DNA of 64,000 nucleotides from Planctomycetota bacterium (lineage in GTDB: Bacteria; Planctomycetota; GCA-002687715; CAIWVZ01). The translations under genes were made by a program, and so were the position numbers. The DNA lies in NCBI GenBank assembly GCA_044222185.1, contig JBGANV010000001.1, positions 992,001 through 1,056,000 on the forward strand, given 5' to 3'. How positions within the stretch are numbered: position 1 is the first letter of the stretch; every line of letters starts with the position of its first letter. Below the pieces are notes generated by a model. The model made no database searches. It was not told the DNA's origin and worked only from the letters and a program-made list of their open reading frames with translations. Shown here in pieces: positions 56,949-64,000 of this stretch.

Positions 56949-57899
56949 TCACGGTTTGGGCATGCTACGCAGCTCGGGAAGGCGATTCCGCTCCTTCGCA
57001 GCCAGTCGCTCGTACAGCTTGGCAAGTCGTTCAGCATGGTCAGCTGATGTCGAGAGCGCCTCCCCACCACCCGACCGCGCCGCTTCCCAGAGGTGATAGA
57101 CGGCCCCTTCGTCGTCACCCTGCGACTCGAGAAGCTCGGCAAGCGCCATGTGCGACTCTCGGTTGCGGCGATCGATGTACAACACACGACGGTACGCCCC
57201 GATCGCAGCGTCGGCCTCACCGGCGAACTGCTCGAGGCGCCCCGAAGCCGTCAGTGTCGCCAGGTCCTCCGGGTCGGTGTGGAGTCCTCGGTCGTAGGCC
57301 TTCCGGGCTTCCGCAACGAGCTTGTCACGCGCCTCCCCCCGGGGCGCCGCGTGGGCTCGCTTCGAGAGGATCTCGCCCAGGATGAAGTTGGCCTCGACGT
57401 CTGCGGAGTCCCGCTCGAGGCCTTCCCGAACCAGTCGCTCGGCGACGTCGTCGTTGCCAGCACGGAACTCGTGGGTAGCGAGCGCGACGCGCGGCAGCGG
57501 GACCGTGTCGTAGAGCTTCACCATCCGTTCGAGGCGGCCGCGGCCCTCCGCCACATGCCCGTCCTCCAATTCCATCGCTGCGAGGTTCACGGAGGCACGC
57601 ATGTCGTCGGGCTTCAGAGCCAGGATCTGCTCGTATTCGTGTCGGGCGTCATCTCGCCTTCCGAGCTTCTCCAGCGCAACCGCCAGGTTGAAGCGGGCAC
57701 GTGAATCCGTCGCGTCGTCGTCGAGAGCCGCGCGATACTCGTGCACGGCGCCCTCGAAGTTGCCACTCGTGTAGAGGTAGTGCCCCTTGTTGAAGTGCGT
57801 CCGGATCGGTGTGTAGCTGCCGCAACCGGCCACTGCCAGCAGGAATGCCATGCCGATCATCGACCCGGCACTCCGGCGTCGTCCGACCCGCGCAGTCAC
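56949..57899 (-). CDS. TPR-repeat lipoprotein
   Basis: Lipobox VAGC and multiple TPRs. Overlaps the MCE gene stop by 4 nt. Confidence 0.82.
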   Translation of the reverse strand: MTARVGRRRSAGSMIGMAFLLAVAGCGSYTPIRTHFNKGHYLYTSGNFEGAVHEYRAALDDDATDSRARFNLAVALEKLGRRDDARHEYEQILALKPDDMRASVNLAAMELEDGHVAEGRGRLERMVKLYDTVPLPRVALATHEFRAGNDDVAERLVREGLERDSADVEANFILGEILSKRAHAAPRGEARDKLVAEARKAYDRGLHTDPEDLATLTASGRLEQFAGEADAAIGAYRRVLYIDRRNRESHMALAELLESQGDDEGAVYHLWEAARSGGGEALSTSADHAERLAKLYERLAAKERNRLPELRSMPKP

Positions 57900-59158
57900 T
57901 TCTTGTCTCCCGACTCGTCGCGCTGCTCGTAGGGCTTGGCGCGACCGCTCTTCCGCAGTCCGGTGTCGTCACGCGGGACCGCCTCCAGCTCCTTCTCGTC
58001 GTCACCGAAGATCAGAAGTGCCGGATTCGCCTTCACCTTGCGCATGGCCATCTCGAACTGCCACAGCGCGTTTCGCATGGTGCGGAGGAGCTCCGCCACC
58101 TCCTCGGGCTTCAACCGGACGAGAGCATCCACGTCGACGAGGATCTTGGACGTCTTCGCCTGCAAGTCGTCGAGGCGCCCCTTGAGCGCCGCAGACTCTG
58201 CCTTGAGGTTGTCCGAGATCGCCCCGAGGTTGTCGACGATCTTCTCCACCTCGGGCTGTTTCTTGGCGACGAGCGCGTCGATGCGGTCGACCGCCGCCCG
58301 GGCCCGCGCGACGGCTTCGCGGCCCTCGTCCAACAAGGCGTTGAGTCTGGGCACCAGCTCGTCCTTGAGCTTGGATTGGGCCAGGACGATCGTCTCGTCG
58401 GAGTGCCGGAGCAATTGGTCGAGCTGCGCTTGCAGCGAGTCGGATCGAGACCGGTCGAGGTACTGCTGGACCGAGGTCATCGTCGTCTTGGCTGAATCGA
58501 GAGCGGCAGCCAGGTTCGGCACCATCGTGGCGAGCTTGTCGTGGTTCTTGGGATCGAGGAGCGGCGCGAGCAGATCCCGATCGAGTCGCTCCAGCATCCC
58601 GCTCAGTTGATCCACCAAGGGACCGGCGCGAGCCGTCAGGTCCTCGAGCGAATCGACCCGCTTCGAGGGGAACGGCACCGGCGACGTCTTCACGTCCTTG
58701 AGCAGTGTGCCGCCGCCCGCCGCCCAGGCACCCGGGTCGAGCGCGAGGAAGAAGGGACCGATGAAGCCCTCCTGCGCGATCATCACGGAAGTCTGCTCGC
58801 CGATCCGAACCGACGCATCGGTGACTCGGAATTTCACCCGGCTCATGTGGCGGACCTGGCCGACCTTGTGCGTGGCGACCCCCAGCCGGGACTTCTCTTC
58901 GTCGATGTCGGATTGGGTATAGGCCCGCTCCACGGAGGTGATTTCGCTCACCGCCCCGACCTTCTGCCCGCCGATCGCCACCTTCGACGCCGAGTTCAAC
59001 GTCTTGATGTTGTCGAAGAACGCCTCGCACTCGATCCCCGAGTCCTCGAACAACGGGATCGCCGTCCCGGTCACCTTGAACGCGAAGAGCGCGAAGATGA
59101 GCACGCTCAACACGATGAAGCCGCCGGAGATGATCTCGGAACGCCTGTACTCAGCCAT
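57896..59158 (-). CDS. MCE/MlaD-family protein with a long helical C-terminal region
   Basis: N-terminal TM, KVAIGGQKVGAV, EGFIGPFFLAL, a long amphipathic helical stretch, and NPALLIFG. Confidence 0.85.
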   Translation of the reverse strand: MAEYRRSEIISGGFIVLSVLIFALFAFKVTGTAIPLFEDSGIECEAFFDNIKTLNSASKVAIGGQKVGAVSEITSVERAYTQSDIDEEKSRLGVATHKVGQVRHMSRVKFRVTDASVRIGEQTSVMIAQEGFIGPFFLALDPGAWAAGGGTLLKDVKTSPVPFPSKRVDSLEDLTARAGPLVDQLSGMLERLDRDLLAPLLDPKNHDKLATMVPNLAAALDSAKTTMTSVQQYLDRSRSDSLQAQLDQLLRHSDETIVLAQSKLKDELVPRLNALLDEGREAVARARAAVDRIDALVAKKQPEVEKIVDNLGAISDNLKAESAALKGRLDDLQAKTSKILVDVDALVRLKPEEVAELLRTMRNALWQFEMAMRKVKANPALLIFGDDEKELEAVPRDDTGLRKSGRAKPYEQRDESGDKK

Positions 59159-59170
59159 GCGGGGAGTCCA

Positions 59171-59971
59171 TCACATCAAAAGGTCCTTGACGAACGCGTC
59201 GTGGCGGGCCGTGTCCTTCTCGGCCGGCTCCAGCTCACCGGAGACGAACTGTTTGATCAGCGGATGCGTGCTGGTGCGGAGATCCTGCAGCGACCCGTCC
59301 AGGATCACGCGTCCGCGGTCGAGCATGACGACGTGGTCCGCGATGCGGAAGACGCTTTCCATCACGTGCGTCACGACGATGTTCGTGATCCCCATCGTCG
59401 TCTTGAGCTTGTTGATCAAGACGTCGATGCGTGTCGTCGAGATCGGATCGAGCCCGGCCGATGGCTCGTCGTAGAAGAGGATCTTGGGATCACGGGCAAG
59501 TGCGCGGGCGATGGCCGCACGCTTTTGCATTCCACCCGAGATCTGAGCGGGGCGACGCTCCGCCGCGTGCAGGAGATCGACCTGGTTGAGCTTGATCTTC
59601 ACCATCGCGTCGATCGTCTCGACGTCGAGGCGCGTGTGAAACTCCAGCGGCAGCGCGATGTTTTCCGCGATCGACATGGAGTTCAGCAGCGCGCCGAGCT
59701 GGAACATCACACCGAATTTGCGGCGGACGTGATTGAGCTGCGACTCGCTCATGCGCGAGATGTCGTCGCCGTCGATCCAGACCCGCCCCGAAGTCGGGCG
59801 AAGGTTGCCGATCATCACCTTGAGGAGCGTGGATTTGCCGCCACCCGAGCCGCCCAGAATGCAGAGCGTCTCCCGCGGCTTCACGACGAAGCTGATCCCG
59901 CGAAGAACTTCGACGGCACCGAAGCGCAGCGTCACGTCCTCCACGCGGATGATCGGCTCGCCGTCCGTCAC
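59171..59971 (-). CDS. mlaF: MlaF/Mkl-type ABC ATPase
   Basis: GGSGGGKST, FQLGALLNSM, ISGGMQKRAAIARALA, YDEPSAGLDP, VVTH. Confidence 0.9.
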   Translation of the reverse strand: MTDGEPIIRVEDVTLRFGAVEVLRGISFVVKPRETLCILGGSGGGKSTLLKVMIGNLRPTSGRVWIDGDDISRMSESQLNHVRRKFGVMFQLGALLNSMSIAENIALPLEFHTRLDVETIDAMVKIKLNQVDLLHAAERRPAQISGGMQKRAAIARALARDPKILFYDEPSAGLDPISTTRIDVLINKLKTTMGITNIVVTHVMESVFRIADHVVMLDRGRVILDGSLQDLRTSTHPLIKQFVSGELEPAEKDTARHDAFVKDLLM

Positions 59972-60825
59972 TGCAAATACCCCACGATCACCGCGGTGAT
60001 CAGTGCGTCGGCGACGATGATGAGCACGAGGCTGGTGACGACGGCGACCATCGTGTTGCGCCCGAGCCCAACGGGTCCGCCCTCGGTGATGAACCCGAAG
60101 TAGCAGCAGACGAGGCTCGTGATGACGGAGAACACGACGGACTTGAAGAGCCCGCGGTTGAGCTCCGCGAGCCTCAATGCCTCGATCGTGCGGCTCACGT
60201 ACACCTCGGTCGAGATGTCGAACATGGCGTAGGAGACGAGCCAGCCGCCGACCATGCCGATCAGATACGAGAAGACGGTGAGGCACGGTTGCATGACGAC
60301 GAGCGACACGAACCGCGGCACCACGAGGTAGCCCACGGGGTGCACGGCCATGGTCTCCAGCGCCATGATCTCGTCGTTGATTCGCATCGACGCGAGCACG
60401 GCGGTGAACGACGCGCCGACGCGAGCCGTCAGCACGATTGCGGTCATCAGCGGACCGAGCTCACGCGTGATGGACAGACCGACCATGCCGGGGACGCGTT
60501 CGAGCTGCCCGAACTCCTTCATCACCGCGCCCGTCTGAAGCACGAGCACCGCGCCGATCAGGAAGGAGACGAGCCCGACGATCGGCACGGACTTGACGCC
60601 GACGCTGCTCATGAGCGCGAACAGCTGTTTGCGGATCTTCGTCTGTCCACGGAAGGGACCGACGAACGTGAAGTAGACCGTGAGAACGAAGAGGTAGGCG
60701 ACACCCGAGACGTGGGTCACCGTTCCGATGACCGGGGCTCCGATCTGGCCCAGGGACCGCGTCGCTACGTTCGAACGCGGGGTCGCGCTTTCCGATGCCA
60801 CCGAGCCGCTCGACGTTTCCGCCAT
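59968..60825 (-). CDS. mlaE: MlaE-family ABC permease
   Basis: RELGPLMTAIVLTARVGA, MRINDEIMALETM, YLVVPR, GGPVGLGRNT. Confidence 0.92.
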   Translation of the reverse strand: MAETSSGSVASESATPRSNVATRSLGQIGAPVIGTVTHVSGVAYLFVLTVYFTFVGPFRGQTKIRKQLFALMSSVGVKSVPIVGLVSFLIGAVLVLQTGAVMKEFGQLERVPGMVGLSITRELGPLMTAIVLTARVGASFTAVLASMRINDEIMALETMAVHPVGYLVVPRFVSLVVMQPCLTVFSYLIGMVGGWLVSYAMFDISTEVYVSRTIEALRLAELNRGLFKSVVFSVITSLVCCYFGFITEGGPVGLGRNTMVAVVTSLVLIIVADALITAVIVGYLQ

Positions 60826-60826
60826 T

Positions 60827-61147
60827 TCACGTCCCCGCGGTCGTATCGATCGGGAAGAACGTCTGGAGCTGCGAGAGCTCGATCACGTCGCGGACCTGCC
60901 GACTCGGGTCGAGCAGCCGGAAACCGACCTTCGACTTCTGCGCCTGCCGGACGCCGGTGATGAGCACCGCGATGCCGGAGGAGTCGATGTATCCGACGCC
61001 CTTCAAGTCCAAGCGCAAGGTCGCCACGCCTTTCATGGCGCGTTTCAGCTCGTCCCGCAGTTCGGGGGACGAGTCCATGTCCACGTCCCCTTTGACGACG
61101 AGCGTCCGCTGGGTGCCTTCGTCCCGTGTCGTCATCTCAAGAGCCAT
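60827..61147 (-). CDS. STAS-domain protein (anti-sigma antagonist / MlaB-like)
   Basis: GDVDMDSSPELR and LDLKGVGYIDSSGIAVL, which carries the phosphorylatable Ser motif. Confidence 0.9.
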   Translation of the reverse strand: MALEMTTRDEGTQRTLVVKGDVDMDSSPELRDELKRAMKGVATLRLDLKGVGYIDSSGIAVLITGVRQAQKSKVGFRLLDPSRQVRDVIELSQLQTFFPIDTTAGT

Positions 61148-61589
61148 CGCGATTCCCTTCCTCGGCTGCTGGGATCCCCTTTTCCATCACGAGCGCGACG
61201 CGGCCCGGGGCCTCGGGGTCCGCCTCGAACACGATCCGGTCCATGATTCGGTTGATGAAATGCGTTCCAAGTCCGCCCGGACGCGGCTGGTTGAGGTCCC
61301 GAGGCTTGATGTTCGGCACATCGGCCTCGTCACAAAAATCCGGCAGTCGGAAGCGGATGTTGTCTGGACCCACCGTGGTCTGGACGTGGACACGCCGATT
61401 CGCGCGGCACGCGGTGCCGGAGTGTTTGATGATGTTCGCGCACGCCTCGTCCAGGGCGAGCACGACCATCTGCGCCCCCGAATCCCCCAGCGCCTCCTCC
61501 AAAACCGGCAGGAAGAAGGAGCGGATGGCGCGGAGGTAGCGCGAATCAGCAGGAACACTGACCAAAAAGCTACGGTCCTTCATCACCAT
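61137..61589 (-). CDS. RsbW/SpoIIAB-like GHKL Ser kinase (anti-sigma factor family)
   Basis: N-box LALDEACANIIKH and G2 box RPGGLGTHFINRIMD. The G1 box is degenerate (PDFC). Confidence 0.85.
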   Translation of the reverse strand: MVMKDRSFLVSVPADSRYLRAIRSFFLPVLEEALGDSGAQMVVLALDEACANIIKHSGTACRANRRVHVQTTVGPDNIRFRLPDFCDEADVPNIKPRDLNQPRPGGLGTHFINRIMDRIVFEADPEAPGRVALVMEKGIPAAEEGNRDGS

Positions 61590-61694
61590 CCGGCTTCGTG
61601 AGTCGCCCCCATTGGGTGCGAGGCGGCGCATCCTAACCCCTTGCAGCGCGGCGCGCCAAGCGCGTTCGGCTGCCGGCTGACGTCGGATCGACGG

Positions 61695-62123
61695 CTACCG
61701 AATGAGGCGTTCGCGGGGAGCTTCACGACCGGCTCCGACCCACACGCCAGCCTGGTCGACGGTGTGCCCGGCGGCCTCGATCCGGATCGAGAATCCGTCT
61801 CCGACGGCAAGAGCACCGAGTTCGGACGGCCAGGGCAGCTCGCGCCGTCGTGTCAGCGTGGAATGAACCTGGCCACGCGTGTTCCGAACGGTCACGCGGA
61901 CCGGTGCGAGCCAGCCGGGAGTCACGAACACGAGCCCCGGAACATGGCTGTCGGCGAGCTCCCGAGGCGCGAGGATTCGCCAGCGACCAGCTCGCAGGTC
62001 AGGCCTCGGCCTCGACGCCTGCGGGATCGCAGGCCTCGGTTCGGTGGGCGGGCGCCCGGGGAGACACCAGGCAGCGACGGCCGCAAGCGCGACCGCGGCG
62101 ATGCGAGCGGGATTTCGGCTCAT
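61695..62123 (-). CDS. Hypothetical protein with N-terminal hydrophobic segment
   Basis: Fills the gap on the same strand as its neighbours and starts MSRNPARIAAVALAAVAAWC. No recognisable motif. Confidence 0.4.
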   Translation of the reverse strand: MSRNPARIAAVALAAVAAWCLPGRPPTEPRPAIPQASRPRPDLRAGRWRILAPRELADSHVPGLVFVTPGWLAPVRVTVRNTRGQVHSTLTRRRELPWPSELGALAVGDGFSIRIEAAGHTVDQAGVWVGAGREAPRERLIR

Positions 62124-62328
62124 GCAATGGAGACGCCGGGCGTGATCGCATGTCCGCACCCATCCGCAGGAATTGGCGGGACCTGGCCCGGTCGTCTCGA
62201 TCCGAGGGTCGCGGGCGCGCCCCGTGACCAGGCGGTATCGCGAGCCCTGCCGATCGGATCCCTCTTGCGTCGAGATCAGACCCGGCGCGGAGGGACGGAC
62301 TCACGCCGGCTTCGATGGACGAGGTCGT

Positions 62329-63744
62329 CTACTGCAGCTGGCTCACCAAGACTGGAGACTTGGCGTCGAGGTTCGCGGCCGTCGTCCCGAGCAGGGTGTG
62401 GCTGACGCCGAAAACGAAGATCCCCGTGAGCCCGGGCGGAAGCTGGACGGTGCTGGAGGACGCGCCCGTGGCGTCCAGCATCCCCACGAACGGCAAGGCG
62501 CCGAATCCAATTTCGAAGCCCACGTCGGACTGGGGCATGAACAACCCGCCCCATGGGCCGCGCCCCAACCCCGGGCCCGCGTTCGCGGCATCGGTCGTCA
62601 GCAGCGTCACGAAAGTCCCACTCGGGCCACCACCACTGACGTCGATCACGGCGTGCGAGGGTCCGGCCGGTTGGGACATCGTGAGCGAGAGTGTCGTCGG
62701 AGGCGCCCACTCGAAGGCTCCCATGTCCGGCTTCAGGTACTGCGGGCGGGAGCGGCCCTCGAGGTCATCCGGCAACGTTCCGGGCGCGTACGACGTCCCC
62801 GTGTCGATGCACGGAGACCCAAGCGAGAGGTGATAATCGTGGAGCGCGACCGACGCGAACCCGGGATCGACGTCGATGCAACCGCTTCCCCCATTCCACA
62901 GACGTATGTTGGAGTTCAGCACGAAGGGCGAGACGAGGCCGGAGGCTTCCAGGGCATTCGGGGGCATGTACGATCCGGTCCCAACGTTGCCCCTGATGAT
63001 GGAGTTCGACACGTAGATGGCCCCAAGCCCCTGAACCCCGCCATAGGTGCCGGAGCCCCCGGATCCGCCGGCCGCGTTGGCCGTGATCGTGCAGTGTCGG
63101 AACCCGACCGTTCCGCCGCTGCATTTGACGCCACCAGGCCCCGCCGTCGCGACCGTGAACAACGCGGAATGGCCCGCACCCCCCGTGTTGTTCGCAATCA
63201 CGCAGTTGTGGAATTCGACGTCGCCGGAGAGTACCCACACGCCGCCGGCCGTCGCGTCGACTGGCGTTCCATACACGTACGGCAGTGAGCCGCTTTGTAT
63301 GACGTACCCCGCGCCGCCGACGTTGTCGCGGATGATGCAGTGATGGAATCGCGGTGACGCGGCCGTGATCTGGATTCCGCCCGCGAGGCTCGGAGTGGAC
63401 GGGTCAGCGATGCCGCGACCATTGGCGACCGTGACGCCGTCGATGACGCAGTTCGTGTTGACGTTCGAGACGCTCAAGACAGGGTGAGTTCCGCCACCAT
63501 CGAGGACCGTGACCGCTGGCCCGCCGGAACTCTTGAGATGAATGTTGCGATTCACCGTGAGGACTGACGGACTCGAGTACGTGCCCGGCGCGACGATGAT
63601 CGTGTCGCCGTGATTCGACGCGGCGAGCGCCGAGACGAGCTGGGTTACGTTGTTGACGCTCCATGTCACCTGCGCCTGTGAACTGCGTGCGCTCACGAGA
63701 GCCGCGAGGCTCAGCACCAACGAGAGGCCGTATCGCTGAATCAT
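62329..63744 (-). CDS. Secreted right-handed parallel beta-helix (pectin-lyase-like) protein with C-terminal domain
   Basis: SD AAAGGAGG, signal peptide, GDTIIVAPGTY, repeated GG...F.xC.I..N coils, and DYHL..GSPCIDTG...DMGAFE. Confidence 0.85.
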   Translation of the reverse strand: MIQRYGLSLVLSLAALVSARSSQAQVTWSVNNVTQLVSALAASNHGDTIIVAPGTYSSPSVLTVNRNIHLKSSGGPAVTVLDGGGTHPVLSVSNVNTNCVIDGVTVANGRGIADPSTPSLAGGIQITAASPRFHHCIIRDNVGGAGYVIQSGSLPYVYGTPVDATAGGVWVLSGDVEFHNCVIANNTGGAGHSALFTVATAGPGGVKCSGGTVGFRHCTITANAAGGSGGSGTYGGVQGLGAIYVSNSIIRGNVGTGSYMPPNALEASGLVSPFVLNSNIRLWNGGSGCIDVDPGFASVALHDYHLSLGSPCIDTGTSYAPGTLPDDLEGRSRPQYLKPDMGAFEWAPPTTLSLTMSQPAGPSHAVIDVSGGGPSGTFVTLLTTDAANAGPGLGRGPWGGLFMPQSDVGFEIGFGALPFVGMLDATGASSSTVQLPPGLTGIFVFGVSHTLLGTTAANLDAKSPVLVSQLQ

Positions 63745-64000
63745 GGTTGGGTCCTCCTTTCGAATCCCGCCGGAGCGGATGCCCCGGTCGCGATCATTGC
63801 GCTCACGACCATGGGTGCTGATCGAGCTCGTGCGCCGTCGCCGCGACGCCTGCTGGAGTCGCGAAAGGACGAGCCGTAGCCCCGTTCGATACCAGTTGCC
63901 GGCGCCGCCAACGCCGGAAGCCGTTCACGCGCGCCGTGGCATCCGTCTGCCCGCACGCACGCTACCCAGGATCGGAACGCCCACAGAGTACTCGCTCGTC

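Overview
A GC-rich (visibly about two-thirds G+C), gene-dense chromosomal window with no integrase, transposase or CRISPR array. The gene content (ASPIC/UnbV, FG-GAP, HEAT and TPR proteins, a Hanks kinase with TPRs, a di-heme DHOR enzyme) suggests a Planctomycetota-like bacterium; this is inference. From left to right it holds: (1) the 5' end of a B12-dependent ribonucleotide reductase with a clear sigma70 promoter and NrdR box, divergent from a core MetE-like/PduO/thioesterase operon; (2) a leucine-catabolic cluster (MCC beta, hydratase, split MCC alpha, HMG-CoA lyase, Rieske protein); (3) NYN, PfkB, flippase-like, DUF366, HEAT and DUF309 genes; (4) a di-heme enzyme divergent from a membrane-anchored pentaheme cytochrome-TPR fusion and an ASPIC/UnbV protein; (5) TolC-MacAB efflux, a Ser/Thr kinase and rlmD; (6) pfkA, an rmlC-like gene and ahcY; (7) tmRNA, smpB, tRNA-Leu, mnmG, XdhC with a hybrid kinase, and lat; (8) a right-hand operon in which an RsbW-like kinase and a STAS protein are tightly coupled to an MlaE/F/D (MCE) transporter and TPR lipoprotein, followed by an active-site-divergent SHMT paralog and an M61 peptidase. 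The best candidates for undescribed biology are the partner-switch/MCE operon with the odd SHMT, a C-terminal domain shared by three unrelated secreted proteins, the cytochrome b-like/pentaheme/TPR + ASPIC + DHOR module, and a recurring TAnnnT hexamer just before SD-less start codons. All calls are by eye from motifs; no searches were run.
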